A stretch of 64,000 nt of DNA from Eledone cirrhosa. Taxonomy: Eukaryota. The stretch spans positions 11,904,001 to 11,968,000 of the forward strand of contig OZ024744.1 in assembly GCA_964016885.1 (NCBI GenBank), given 5' to 3'. Under the pieces are notes generated by a model. That model saw nothing but the letters and a program-made list of their open reading frames with translations. It searched no databases and was not told the DNA's origin. Both the position numbers and the translations under genes were made by a program. Below are positions 27,751-41,200 of the stretch, in pieces. Position 1 is the first letter of the stretch, and every line of letters begins with the position of its first letter.

Positions 27751-29403
27751 TCATTATCTATAAAAGGCAGATTGTTGTTGTGTGTGTCTGTGTGTGCATG
27801 TTCCATGTTTATACATTTGCACAATTTCAAACCGATTCGACTCAAGTCTGTAAGAATGTTGAAAATGGTCTAACTTAGTTCAACGACGGAAATAATCGAT
27901 AAAACTCAATACATAACGCTTCACCCCTCTAATACAATCTGATTTACTCTCTCTACTCCCTTAAAATTCGATAAAACTACATACATGCTTACAAACTTCC
28001 TTTAGGAACGCCGAAGAGAGAGAGAAGAGCGTGACAAAGAGAGAGAGAAGAGCGTGACAAAGAGAGAGAGAGAGACAGAACGTTTGTTTTTGAGTGTGGA
28101 ACGGTCAAACATTTATTTACTTCAATGACAAAGAGAACTTATTACATTTCATACGAAACAACAATTATTCAAAAGCAATAGATAAATTTATTCAACAACA
28201 AAAAAAAATAGCGATAAATCTTTTTTAAAACCTCTCAACGAACGTGGAAGAAAGAAGTATCAGTTTATTTACTATACACAATAATATCCTCTATGAGGTC
28301 ACTAAACCTGCTAGAAACAGCAGCTAACTCTCCCCCATATCACACCACTCCCTGCTGTCTTAAATTTAGAAAACATATCCTCTATCAGGTCACTAAACCT
28401 GCTAGAAACAGCAGCTAACTCTCCCCCCTATCACACCACTCCCTACTGTCTAAATTTAGAAAACACATATCCTCTATGAGGTCACTAAACCTGCTAGAAA
28501 CAGCAGCTAACTCTCCCCCCATATCACACCACACCCTGCTGTCTTAAATTTAGAAAACATATCCTCTATCAGGTCACTAAACCTGCTAGAAACAGCAGCT
28601 AACTCTCCCCCATATCACACCACTCCCTACTGTCTTAAATTTAGAAAACATATCCTCTATCAGGTCACTAAACCTGCTAGAAACAGCAGCTAACTCTCCC
28701 CATATCACACCACTCCCTACTGTCTTAAATTTAGAAAACATATCCTCTATCAGGTCACTAAACCTGCTAGAAACAGCAGCTAACTCTCCCCCATATCACA
28801 CCACTCCCTACTGTCTTAAATTTAGAAAACATATCCTCTATCAGGTCACTAAACCTGCTAGAAACAGCAGCTAACTCTCCCCCATATCACACCACTCCCT
28901 ACTGTCTTAAATTTAGAAAACATATCCTCTATCAGGTCACTAAACCTGCTAGAAACAGCAGCTAACTCTCCTCCATATCACACCACTCCCTACTGTCTTA
29001 AATTTAGAAAACACATATCCTCTATGAGGTCACTAAACCTGCTAGAAACAGCAGCTAACTCTCCCCCATATCACACCTCTCCATACTGTCTTAAATTTAG
29101 AAAACACACATTAGACAACCATGCAGAACAACTCCATCGCAGCTCTGTTGTTCGGCTGGCATCGTCTACGCGCGTGTTGCGCAAGTACTGTGAAACAATA
29201 AATTTCAACACTTCTTTGCGCAGAGATAATATCCATAGGCGAAACTACATTGTCACTGCTGGCGCAGCTCCTGCTTCGGCAGTCCAGGTCTGCAATTCAT
29301 TCACCCAGTGCCTGGCAGACAAAAAAGTGCTGCCATAAAATGGGTGGTGCAACCTAACTTTGATAACTTACTGACCCCGAGCAACGCCGGGCTTTAATGC
29401 TAG
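27751..29403 (+). mobile_element. Non-autonomous Helitron
   Basis: A|TC 5' start (TCATTATCTATAAAAGGCAGA), 3' GC hairpin CCCGAGCAACGCCGGG then CTAG|T. Confidence 0.75.
28284..29108. repeat. Minisatellite, 9 x ~91 bp
   Basis: Unit ATATCCTCTATCAGGTCACTAAACCTGCTAGAAACAGCAGC...TTTAGAAAAC. Confidence 0.97.
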
Positions 29404-29441
29404 TATTAAATAAATGGAAACTATATTTATAAAACCATATT

Positions 29442-29503
29442 TATTCTATTATATATATTTCAAGGGTACCAAAAACTTTGGTACGCTTTCATCAGATAAA
29501 ATA
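29442..29503 (-). ncRNA. Type I hammerhead (left arm)
   Basis: Mirror of 29837-29899. Confidence 0.85.
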
Positions 29504-29836
29504 CAAAGAGTGTTTTATAAATTTTGACATAGCCAAGGAAAACATACCTTATCGGTTGAATATTCCTTGGGTAGTGAGATTAAAGAACGGATTTTTCAAA
29601 CTTATGGATGAGTATGCAAATGTTGAGTTATATGATTGCAAAACCGTTGTTTTAAACTTTCCATAGCGTTTGAAATAACGGTTTTTCAATCATATAACTC
29701 AACCTTATTTACATATTCATTTGCATACTCATCCATAAGTTTGAAAAATCCGTTCTTTAATCTCACTACCCAAGGAATATTCAACCGATAAGGTATGTTT
29801 TCCTTGGCTATGTCAAAATTTATAAAACACTCTTTG

Positions 29837-29899
29837 TATTTTATCTGATGAAAGCGTACCAAAGTTTTTTGGTACCCTTGAAATATATATAATAGAATA
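29837..29899 (+). ncRNA. Type I hammerhead (right arm), intact core
   Basis: TATTTTAT CTGATGA AAGcGTACCAAA..TTTGGTACcCTT GAAA TATATA TA ATAGAATA. Confidence 0.88.
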
Positions 29900-29970
29900 A
29901 ATATGGTTTTATAAATATAGTTTCCATTTATTTAATATCATTGTATATATATATATATATGTATTGAGGG

Positions 29971-30078
<108 letters not shown>

Positions 30079-30205
30079 GTATGTATGTATATCTTTAGAT
30101 CTTCACTAAGGTACTGGATTTGCCTTCAATCTACTTCCACTTGGACACTCCTTTGGAACATTGGACCATTTAATGCTTTTGTGTATGTATGTATATATGT
30201 ATATA

Positions 30206-30333
<128 letters not shown>

Positions 30334-30510
30334 TGTGTGTGTGTGTTATACTACTTTAAAACAAAAATAAAAGTACTACTGTTGTCAGCGAAATATGAAT
30401 GATGAGAGTTCACTGTGCGGGAGGAAATAAAAAAAAAACTACTAAACAAAACTTCAAAACATAAAGTAATAAAAAAACACAAAGAAGACAGGAAGTATCC
30501 TTGAGAATAT

Positions 30511-30780
30511 AATAATTGTTTCTACTTTCGGCACAAGGCCAGCAATTACCCAGTGTATTACTGGTACTTTATTTTATCGACCCCGTAAGGATGAAAGGCA
30601 AAGTTAACCTCGGCGGGATTTGAACTCAGAATGGAAGGGGCCGTAACTCTATGCGTCAAAGCATGGCGTCCGACTCTCTACCGATACTGCTAATCCCCCG
30701 CCAATAATAATTGTTTCTACTTTAGGCACAAGGCCAGCAATTACCCAGTGCATTACTGCTACTTTATTTTATCGACCCCG
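30511..30780 (-). mobile_element. SINE family A, full copy plus adjacent 3' fragment
   Basis: A/B boxes, body and tail; tail repeated at 30705-30780. Confidence 0.88.
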
Positions 30781-31161
30781 ATAATAATCTAAGATAACTT
30801 GCTTTAACGTCAATAATACAGTCATTTCTAGATTGGTGGGAAGATAGCCTCTCTTCTATATATATAACTTTATAGTAACATGAAGATGGAGGAGGAGAAG
30901 AAGAAGTTATTGAGGGGGACACAAAATGTGTGACGAAAGAGCTTTATATAAAATATATATATATATATATATATTTCAGATCCCGTAAAAGGGTGAAAGC
31001 AGCGATTCTTTGCTTAAACTTTAATCTGTACAAATAATAAATAATTTCTCTACACGGGTTATATATAAATATGACGACGAAAACCAACCAAACAGTGAGT
31101 GTGTTCTGTTATTAATTCTGGCAATACTATTACAACAATATGACCCTCCCCAAGTATAACG

Positions 31162-31277
<116 letters not shown>

Positions 31278-32283
31278 GGTAAACAGAAATAACAACACAA
31301 TCGGAACAATATATGGAAGGTATATATTAGGTTAACGTTTGATATAGCAGGAAGAGGGTCTTAACGTTTCGGACGCTAGTTCTTCATATATTGGTTACCA
31401 TAAATATTATGGGAGACACTTCAGCCCACTTCCTCCGATGAAAAATTTTAACTAGTGTCACCTCCATCTCCCTCCCCATGTAAGTTTAATCTATTCCTGG
31501 TATTAGTGATATGTATTTGCCTCTGAAGATATTGTTGTTTCCGATCTGAGGCAGGTCAACCCTGGCCAAGCAGATCTGCTATGATATACTAATACACAGC
31601 ATGGTTATAGTATCATATTATATAGTGAGTACAGTATAATTTCGTCTTACAGGATAGATACTATGGTCGTACGACTATATAAACCCAGAGAGGGGGAATC
31701 CCTAGACAACAGCTGAAATTTCACCCACTGTCAAATTTGAAACCATCTATTAACAAAGTCCCAAACATATGTAGATACTGTAGAGCAAATCAGTCATTTT
31801 ATATGTTTTTATACAAAACTGCTTTACATTAATTCAGTAACAAACTGCACACTGATCCTTCAGTAAAGAAGGCCCAAAAAAAGTCATAAGTTCTGAAGGC
31901 CCTTGCGGGTAGCTAACTCCGCTTCGATAGCAGTGAGTAGGGATGTAGCCTGGGATGACAAGCTCACCTATGAATTTAACATGATCTTGGTTGGTCAGGT
32001 TCGGGGATCCAGCCAGATCGATAGGAGACAGTTGCTTCTGACAGGACCCGTTGAAAAGAAGGAGTAATCCGCACTGGAAGAAAAAGCAGGAGGGGGTTGC
32101 TTAGTAGCTAGTGTGTTAGACGTATGATAATGGGTTCTGATTTGGGCACAAGGCCGGCAATGTTATGGGAGGCGAAGTTTAAATCAACTCCTGTACTTGT
32201 GAGTGTGAGTGTGAGTGTATGTGTATATGTATATGTATATGTGTGTGTGTGTGTGTGTGTGTTTGTGTGTGAGAGAGAGAGAT

Positions 32284-32352
<69 letters not shown>

Positions 32353-32554
32353 ATGTTGTGATCAGAATCTAGAAATTCAGACCAACGACTTATGAAGTTT
32401 TAGGTTTCAATAAATTTATGTAGCTCTACTTTCATTATTGAGGACTTTTTATTATCCCGTTTTATCAGGCGTGTGAGTGTATGTATATGTTTAACATCTT
32501 TAGAAATATATATATATATACATATATAATACATATATACACACATACATACAC

Positions 32555-32585
<31 letters not shown>

Positions 32586-32677
32586 TATACACACACACAC
32601 ATACAGCGTTGAACTAGTATATATCATCATTGTACTGTATTGTTCTCCCGTCATATTTCTTCTTGTTGACATTTCCC

Positions 32678-32743
<66 letters not shown>

Positions 32744-32788
32744 TATATATATATATATAATACATATATATATATATGTGTGTGTGTG

Positions 32789-32824
<36 letters not shown>

Positions 32825-32913
32825 CATATATATATGTATGTGTGTGTGTGTATTATATATATATATATAATACATATATATATATGTATGTGTGTGTGTG
32901 TATTATATATATA

Positions 32914-33195
32914 TAGGGGTGGGGTAGCAGATACGTGGTGTTCTTTTGATGGTAGTTTTGATGAAAAGAATAATGCCATGATTGAGTTGTTAACAATGTT
33001 TATTTCACAATAACAATGTTCGATTTTCACATGGAGCAATATTATTTATGACATAAACCGTCGCTAAATGGTTAGCTCTACGAGCTAACGTGAATGCATG
33101 TATCAGAGAAGACGATATTGTATAAGTTGTGTCTTACAGATACAATATGACAGGGAAAAATAGGATGAGAGTATAATGCAAACAATATGAACTTA

Positions 33196-33233
<38 letters not shown>

Positions 33234-33744
33234 CTATTCTTAGAATATATTATTCTCATAGTAGTAGCGGCCAATCTGTCGGGCAGGCATGGCTGGCTGT
33301 CTGGCTGTTTTGGTGGCCGAAGAGGTAAGCTACTAAGAGCCAGGAGAAAGATAGAGTGAAAGGTCTGCTGATGCTATATCGTTATCTTGTTGACTGCCGC
33401 TTCGAGTCTGACCTTTGGGTTCCTTAACTCCCTGTATTTATAATAAGTGCTAAAGTTAGAACGATGGATATATGACGTTGATTTATGAACAGCCCTGTGG
33501 TTATCGTCTTCCAAGAAGCTGGGGTCACAGGTCAAGTGGAGTGTACATTTATCATCGTTGTCTTGACAGGACAATGGTGAGAACTTCCAACGATAGCGTG
33601 TCCCAGAGGCGAGAAAGCTCAGATTTGGTTTCGAATCTTCGCCGGTAAAACATAGGAGTATTCCGTTATATATATATGTATATTCTTTTACTCTTTTACC
33701 TGTTCCAGGCATCCGGCTGAGGCCATGCTGGGGCACCGCCCTTG

Positions 33745-33786
<42 letters not shown>

Positions 33787-34022
33787 TGGGTGGGATGAGG
33801 TGGGGGAATTTGGTCAATTTAGTTGTAGTGATTAGTTTAGCTTATTATCAAATATCAACCAAGGTATGTTTGATATGTGATAAACATTGATATGTGATAA
33901 ACATAACATGTATATAAATTGTAGCATGTATAAAAATAGATGTGTGTTTTGGTAGTTTGGGTAGAAAATATAATTATTGGTGGGGTGACGCATGTCCCTC
34001 TCCCTCCAGTTCCACCGCCCCT
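32914..34022. mobile_element. Possible hAT-like non-autonomous element with nested insertions
   Basis: Short imperfect TIRs TAGGGGTGG / CCGCCCCTG in TA-rich flanks. Confidence 0.3.
33270..33668 (-). mobile_element. LTR-like repeat (relative of 49671-50141)
   Basis: Shares AAGCTGGGGTCACAG, TCTTGACAGGACAAT, TTTCGAATCTTCGCCGG and the TTCCGTTA terminus. Confidence 0.6.
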
Positions 34023-34167
34023 GTATATATGTGTGTATATATATTTGTTTGTGTTTTCCTTCTGTAAGCATTATATTTTTATATTTTTTATACAAATGTG
34101 TATAAAATTTTACTTAATTAATTAATTAGTAATGAAGTAAAATTTTATTCGCAGTTGTATAAAAAAT

Positions 34168-34352
34168 GGCAGTATCGGTAGAGGGTCGGACGCGATGCTT
34201 TGGAGCATTGAGTTACGGCTCTTTACGTTCTGATTTCAAATCCTGCCGAGGTTAACTTTGCCTTTGATCCTTACGGGGTCGATAAAATAAAGTACCAGTA
34301 ATGCACTGGGATAATTGCTGGCCTTGTGCCAAAAGTAGAAACAATTGTTAAT
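34168..34352 (+). mobile_element. SINE family A, near full length
   Basis: TGGCAGTATCGG A box, TTCAAATCC B box, body and tail. Confidence 0.88.
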
Positions 34353-34394
34353 TAAATGTGTAAATAAAATAAAATTGATATGAAATATACTAAC

Positions 34395-34543
34395 CTGATC
34401 ATCGATTTCAAAAATATTCGGTAAATCTTTCATCAATTTCTTTCTAGCTGGAGGAGATAAAGTTTTACTAGTTTTACTACATGTATTCATTGTAAATAAC
34501 ATCTGTGCCAGGTCTCTCACTTTTACACACATTGTAAGCCACT
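34395..34543 (-). CDS. Candidate host-gene internal exon (149 nt, phase 1 to 0)
   Basis: CTACAG| acceptor and CAG|GTTAGT donor; open frame WLTMCVKVRDLAQMLFTMNTCSKTSKTLSPPARKKLMKDLPNIFEIDDQ; unique in the window. Confidence 0.5.
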
Positions 34544-34935
34544 CTGTAGATATAGCTATATACATATATAACAAATGTGTGTCATGTGACGTCAGAACAC
34601 ATTTTTCACTTCCAAACTTAGTTTCTTTCATTCATGTCAAAATCATGTGCTTTACTCTACATATTTGTACATATTCCTCGCTTTCCATCGCCTTCCCTTC
34701 CTTTTCTTGACTTTACATAAGTCTGACGGACGACACTTAGGACGTAATTGAGGTAATAAATACAGGCGCGTTTACACACACATACACACATATATATATA
34801 TATATAACACTCTATCCTACACCTATATATATACATATAAATAGATACGTATATACTTCTACATACACACATATACACACACATACACATATATAATAGA
34901 TATATATAAAACACTCCCTTCCTCAACTTTATATA

Positions 34936-34974
<39 letters not shown>

Positions 34975-34980
<6 letters not shown>

Positions 34981-35600
34981 TGGTGGTTTTTCCCTGTTTG
35001 ACTGATAGCGCACCATCTCCCTCTCTCTGGTGTGTTATCTTCTCTACAAAATTGTATTATAAGGGGCTCGGGATTCCTTCTCCTTTGAGCACATTACTGA
35101 CAGGGAATGGCGAGAGTCTATGGCTCCGTTAATTTATCGTGATATTTCGCTCCTTATAACACTTTCCTCTCTCTCTCTCTCTCTCACTCTGTTTGGTTGA
35201 GCACACTTCTCTGAGTGGTTTGGGCTGCCTTTTCTAGCAGCTCGTCCCTCAGAGTCCACGGGTTACTGCCCTAGGCACGCTGTGAATTTCTCTCTACCAC
35301 TTGTGGCTGGACGGTCGCTTTAGATTCTCTTAGAGTTGTCTGAAATGTATAGCCTTACACACGCTGATGAACCATGGGCTAATCTTTTCTGTCAACTTAT
35401 TTGGCGAAACAGATCTTTTGGATTTGTACGTGTGTGTTAGATAGTTATCGAGGTATGTATTTACACTTTAATTTATACTTTTAATTATTGTGTGTCTACT
35501 CTGCCTTCCATGGGTTATAGATTCCATACACTGGTGGTTTTTCCCTATTTGATTGATGGCGCACTATCTCTCTCTAGTGTGTTGTCTTCTCTACATATTG

Positions 35601-35607
<7 letters not shown>
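34975..35607 (+). mobile_element. Non-coding retrozyme-like element: ~551-bp unit with ~82-bp terminal direct repeats, in (TA)n
   Basis: 34975-35061 matches 35526-35607; one internal hammerhead; no ORF. Confidence 0.8.
35357..35435 (+). ncRNA. Type I hammerhead with stable stem III
   Basis: ACACACG CTGATGA aCCA...TGGc GAAA CAGATCT-ttt-GGATTTG TA CGTGTGT. Confidence 0.85.
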
Positions 35608-35676
<69 letters not shown>

Positions 35677-35732
35677 GGACGTTGATTTTCGTTAATTCCT
35701 GAGCTGAAATACGATTCTCGCTAATTTATATT

Positions 35733-35775
<43 letters not shown>

Positions 35776-35844
35776 AAAAAGAGATGAAATCGAAAATGCA
35801 ACTGGAGTTTTATTTTTTTTTTAAATATATATATTTATTTGGTT

Positions 35845-35882
35845 CCTTTACCGGTTTCGCAGTTCTTCTGCTTTTCAAAAGG
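35845..35882 (-). ncRNA. Minimal hammerhead, U3-A8 variant (left arm)
   Basis: Mirror of 35955-35992. Confidence 0.72.
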
Positions 35883-35954
35883 TGAGTTGAGATGGAGGGT
35901 CTGTGGTTTTTCTCACAGATGTGAGAAAAACCACAGACCCTCCATCTCAACTCA

Positions 35955-35992
35955 CCTTTTGAAAAGCAGAAGAACTGCGAAACCGGTAAAGG
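35955..35992 (+). ncRNA. Minimal hammerhead, U3-A8 variant (right arm)
   Basis: CCTT TTGAAAA GCAG-aagaa-CTGC GAAA CCGG TA AAGG. Confidence 0.75.
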
Positions 35993-36153
35993 AACCAAAT
36001 AAATATATATATATTTTTTAAAAATAAGACTCCAGTTGCATTTTCGATTTCATCTCTTTTTCTTTATACTTTCACTCGTGTAGGACACCTCAGTTATTTT
36101 TCATTTTGTAAAAAAAAACCTCACTTTCTAATATATATATATATGTATATATA

Positions 36154-36184
<31 letters not shown>

Positions 36185-36200
36185 GTGTGTGTATATGTAT

Positions 36201-36270
<70 letters not shown>

Positions 36271-36276
<6 letters not shown>

Positions 36277-36423
36277 TAACAGATTAAAGTTTAAGCAAAG
36301 AATCGCTGCTTAAACTTTAGTCTGTTATTTTAATAAATATTTGCTCTACGGTTTTTATATATTTGATATATATTTATTCTTATCGAGCCCTCTTTGGATT
36401 TTAGTCTTCAAATTTATTATTAT

Positions 36424-36430
<7 letters not shown>
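36271..36430. repeat. Copy of the 25590-25720 family with a short fold-back (36271-36333)
   Basis: TTAAAATAACAGATTAAAGTTTAAGCA-aagaatcgc-TGCTTAAACTTTAGTCTGTTATTTTAA. Confidence 0.88.
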
Positions 36431-36510
<80 letters not shown>

Positions 36511-37099
36511 ATATATTTATACGTACACACTTCTACATGCACTCACACAGACACATATACATATACAGTGGCAGACTGGCCAGGTTGCCCAATGGCAACT
36601 GGGCTCCAGGGGGCCCACAGTAGCATTGTAGATGTCCACTGTAATATTTGAGGGGCCAATGCTTTGCTTTCAAAAAATATCTTTTAAAAAATGTCTCAGA
36701 GAAAGAATAAATTTTTATTTTGAATAAACAAATAAGTAAAGCATTTGGTCAAACAATAGCCCAAGGAATTAATAGAAACCAAAATATATGATATCGCTGA
36801 CAGTTAGAGTCACTGGCTTACTGTATTCATTCATGCATGGACACACACACTCATATATATATATAATAGATTGAGGGGACGGGCGGGATGGAATTGGAAA
36901 AAAAATGTCTTTAGATGATAATAACAGGTCCATTCATGTTGACATCTCTTGATATATATATATATAAGCAATGATTTAAAGACTTAATTGATATGTAATC
37001 AATACATCTCATGTATTTTGTCTGATTTATGTTACATATAAATGTTTGCATCCACGGAATATATATAATGAAATAAATAGTGATGATATAAAGTATGTA

Positions 37100-38135
37100 T
37101 CTTTTATTTAAAGAGAAAATACACAAAGTAAATACTCCCACAAAACACAAAAACATCCACAACAATAAATACAGACACCACCAACGTAAACACTTCCCCA
37201 ACAACACAACCACCAACACCATCCACACAATCCCCCAAATGTAAACAATCTAAACAGACACAAGAACAAATAAACACACAGACACCTGACATTGCAGACA
37301 CCACACCTACAACAAACACAGACATACATGAAACAACACCAACAAAACTACCACCACCACAGTCACCCAAATGAAAACAAATAAAACCACACCAAGTAAA
37401 CATACAAAAGTTCGTGATTGTCAGAAGGACCAATGAGAAATTATGGCCCTCTTAGCATGAAGTAAAGAAATACAAACAGAGAGGGAGATTTTTGAATTAA
37501 GTACATTTTGTGTGCCAGAAGATTTATTTCTGGTGGGAATGTCACTCGAATCCTACAAAGGAATTCGAGAGTTTTCCCCAGGAAGGAGGAACCCCGAACG
37601 TGAAACCCACATCGAGATTTTTAAAGTGGTTCCCAAAAGAAACCCCACCAACCATGGAAGTCGAACCACCCGACCTTCAGAAGACCCCGGGAGGTAAGTA
37701 AGCCTTTCCTCTCCCTCTTTTGGCTTGCCAACATGGCCATATTAAGAATAAGAAGTTTAAATGTTCGTGGCCTGGGGTCGCCCTGGAAGCAGGGCCGCCT
37801 GCTTAACGACCTCAGGTCTCTTGAAATGGATATAATAGCCGTCAGCGAGACCAGGATTTCCGACACACGCGCACTAGCCCTCATTTTCGACAACTATCAG
37901 ATCTTCGCATCTGTTAGTTGACCGGGAATGGGGGGTGGGATGACAGTGCTGTTTAGGAAAGGCCTGGATCTCGAGGTAAGGTCGATCTTCCGGGAGCCGG
38001 ACGGTAAGTTGGTGGTCCTGAATGTGAACAGTTGCGAAGGTGGTGCCTTTAGACTGGTGGCTGTCTACGCCCCTACCGGAGCCGGACGGCCGAATTTCTT
38101 TAGGCCCCTGGACGCCTTTCTGGGTACGTCTCGAC
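37100..38135 (+). mobile_element. Tx1/L1-clade element, left part (ORF1 end + AP endonuclease N-terminus)
   Basis: SLNVRGL..SET..AVYAP..FLGTSR, homologous to 56465 onward. Confidence 0.88.
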
Positions 38136-38259
38136 TTTTACTGTTTAATTTCAATTACCTCTGTATTTTATTTACTTTATTCTTAACTCTGAAGCCGAGA
38201 ATCATTCGGTTTCCTAGTTAGAATTTTAGTCTACGACTTCAGTTATACCATAACTTATA

Positions 38260-41200
38260 TATATGTATGAGATGAAAGAATGGTATTTAACTAATGTAAT
38301 GGTACGCGATGGGGCCCACCCACAGCCCCGGCGGACAGAATGGAGAAGGCGTTTCCCCGGTGGACGGCATGGGAGACGCGCTGGAAAAGCCACTCCAACT
38401 CGCGGGGCTCACACATACGGCTAGCCAGCTCAGCGCCTATGGTGGTGAATAAGGAGGTAGCCCTGGGGCCGAGGACACCAGAAATTTCCACTGCCAGGGG
38501 AACGACTGCAAACCTGTCGGTGAGCGACCGGTATTTGAGGAGTTTGGCCCCCTCAGCCCGACGTGCAGCAGAACCTGGGTTAGTCGCAGACTGCACCAGG
38601 TTGCGGCTGCAGAAAGTGAAGTGCCGGTGCAAGTAGCATCCCAGATGAGGGGTTTTCCACCGCGGAACGGGAAGATGGTCATGCCATCTGGCCTTTTGCC
38701 GTTCCCTCGATCCAGCCCCACCGGCTCGAGCTGGGAAGGGAAGCCTGCAGCGTCCAAGCCATACTTAATGACCTCGTTGAGGGCAGTATGGCGTGGAATG
38801 CGGCCGGGACTGTGGCGACAGGAAAGCAGGTGGAGGCCGAAAGAGTCCACGGTGGAACCGCAGCGACATTGGTGTGGCTGGCAGATCCGGAGACCGAGCC
38901 TCAGGGAAACGCCGATTCGCAGGCTATGGTTGTCTAGCTGCGTGCCAGTGGAGAAGGAGGGCAGAGCATGGAGCCAGGCACCACTGTGGGGTTTCGAGGC
39001 CTCACGAAAACAAGCAAGTCGGTGCTGGTCGAGCTGGCGCGTGAGCCTGTCTGAGGCCAGGCTGCTCTGGATGGCATCCCAAGTGCGTTGGGGGTCTTGA
39101 CGTCAACAGGGGGAGAAGGATGAGGGACGTCTACTGGGCTATGTCCCGGCCGGTCCCACGTCTCACAGGCGGCCTCGTGTTCTCTGAACACAGAGGGTTC
39201 TGTTGTGTTTTGAAGAACCCTGCTGACGAGGACGCGGCACGAGGTTACCTACGAAAGATACGCCGGGAAAGATAGTGAGATCGGGGACCGGAGGCCTAGG
39301 CCGCCATACCTGACCGGTAATGTGGACTGTTGCCACCCTATATCGTCAAACTTGACGTTGCATATCCCTTCGGCTTCTGCTCGGATACAAGTATCGAGGT
39401 CAGCGAGGAGAGATGTCTGGGTGTAGCATGGAGCGCTGCGGAGTGTATAGAGGAGCTTCGGCATGGCGAAGCAGTTCCTCAGCAGAAAGAGAGCTGGGGG
39501 ACCGTCAATCAAGCCCAGTCGGCTCGTGAGAGTCTGGAGCTGTTGAAGCCTGGATCTGATGGTGGAGCGGATGGCTGGCGGGTGGATCGGTGACTCGAGG
39601 ATGAGGACATCCTCTTTGGAGGTCTCCTGAACCTGGCGGATAATGGGCCGCACGTCCAAGACGGAGGCTGCAAAGCTCACAGCATCGAGGCTGACGTTCA
39701 CCACCTCCGACTTGGCTGAGTTGACCTGGAGGCCGATTCCCGCCAGGGCAGGAATCACCGATTGAAGGTCTCCGTTCGTACGGGGCCGCCCAACGTAGCA
39801 TCATCCAGATACCAAACGTTGAGAGGGGCCGTGATACTCCGGGTGATGTTGTCAATACCAAGGGCGAACAGGAGGGGTCCCAAAGGGTCGCCCTGTTGGA
39901 CCCCGGTAGCCGAGAGTATGACCGTATCAGCATGCTCGGGGCTCCATATGACAGGTCGGCCAGCGGGTAGGCAGAGGGGGCTCGGCTGAGGCAGGCCTCG
40001 AGCAGATGATTCCGGCGTAAAGAGTTAAAGGCATTCCTCATGTCAAGCTTGACAATGAGGTGCCTGAAGTCCCTGGATGCCGGTACCGATGGGCAGCTGC
40101 TGAAGAACTGCCTCATTGAATCAGCGGCTCCCTCACAGCCATCGGACACGCCGACACCCAGCTGCACCGGACTACACTCCTCACCCAGTTCGTGTATGAC
40201 GGACTTGCAGATGACCTTGCCCACAGCAATGGGGCGTATGCCACCCTCTTTCTTCCTGAGAGCGGTGAGGCTGGCCGAAAAAAAGAGGCCTCGGGCGTAA
40301 GGGTCGAGGGCACCATGAATGAGCCTATTGGTGAGCACCACAATTGCACTCAGAAGGCAGCGCCCGGCCTCAGCGGAGAGGGGGGATGTCAACTCCTTGA
40401 GGTGGCCTGGTCGGAGACCATCAACAACTCCACAGCTGCTAGCTGGGAAGGACCTGATGGCGGACATGATATCTGCATCAGTAGCCACAAGGAGCAAGTG
40501 GGGGTCGGGTGGGGGTATGGGTCTGAGATCAGTGGGTGGCTCAGGGTGTTTGAGCCGCAGAGCAGCCAGGATCTCCTCGGTGGGTTGGAGGACAGTGTCC
40601 TCTGAGGCAACAACTCTGACTGCGGCCGAGTCATCACCCATGATAAGCTTTGCGTTTACCTGGTCACGCAAACGCTTGGCCTCGGGGGTGGAGGATAGGG
40701 GGTACCTGAGAGTGGGGTGTGTGGCATCCCTGGGCACGCTTGGAATGGGCGCTCGCCCAAATGACGAGACATTGGCCTTGACGAAGGCTGCTGTTGACCG
40801 GCAGCCCCGGTCTGCGCCAGAGCTGGAGAGGCCGAGGGTGAGTGGGGCGAAATAGAACAGCCGCTCCAAGTCACTGGCTCGATTGGAGTCCAGGGCGCTC
40901 TCAATCGAGGAAGCGAGGGCATCGGCTACCGGCACCCGTGCCGTTCTCGGGATCCTGAGTGGGATCTTCCGGAGCCGCCTGAGCCCAGCGATGTTGACCA
41001 GCGAGGCTCGGGCGTCAGTCAAGCTCGCTGTTCCATCTGGTGGTGTGCCAGACGGCCGTGGCTGGGAAGACGTGGGGTAGAGGCAGCTCCTGCACCTCCA
41101 CGCTGCGAGGGCATTGGAAGCTTCACGAGTCAAGCCAACGCAGGTGAGTTGGTGGAAGTAGCCGCACCCCAAACAGTTCCGGCCCCTCTTCCGTTTATTA

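Larger units (their letters stand above)
29404..29937. repeat. Fold-back palindrome, ~255-bp arms
   Basis: Arms are near-perfect reverse complements; loop ~29659-29668; small indel near 29705. Confidence 0.95.
35768..36068. repeat. Fold-back palindrome, ~150-bp arms, 2-nt spacer
   Basis: Centre TCTCACA-ga-TGTGAGA; single-arm copy at 49535-49670. Confidence 0.95.

Noticed and set aside
28284-29108. Array as CRISPR or coding repeat
   Set aside because: Head-to-tail near-identical units with no spacers, and unit lengths vary out of frame.
31880-32100. Twister-like words (TAACTCCGC...GGAGGGGG)
   Set aside because: The conserved core and pseudoknots could not be assembled.
34168-34250. tRNA genes at A/B-box motifs
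   Set aside because: There is no cloverleaf, and all continue into the SINE body.
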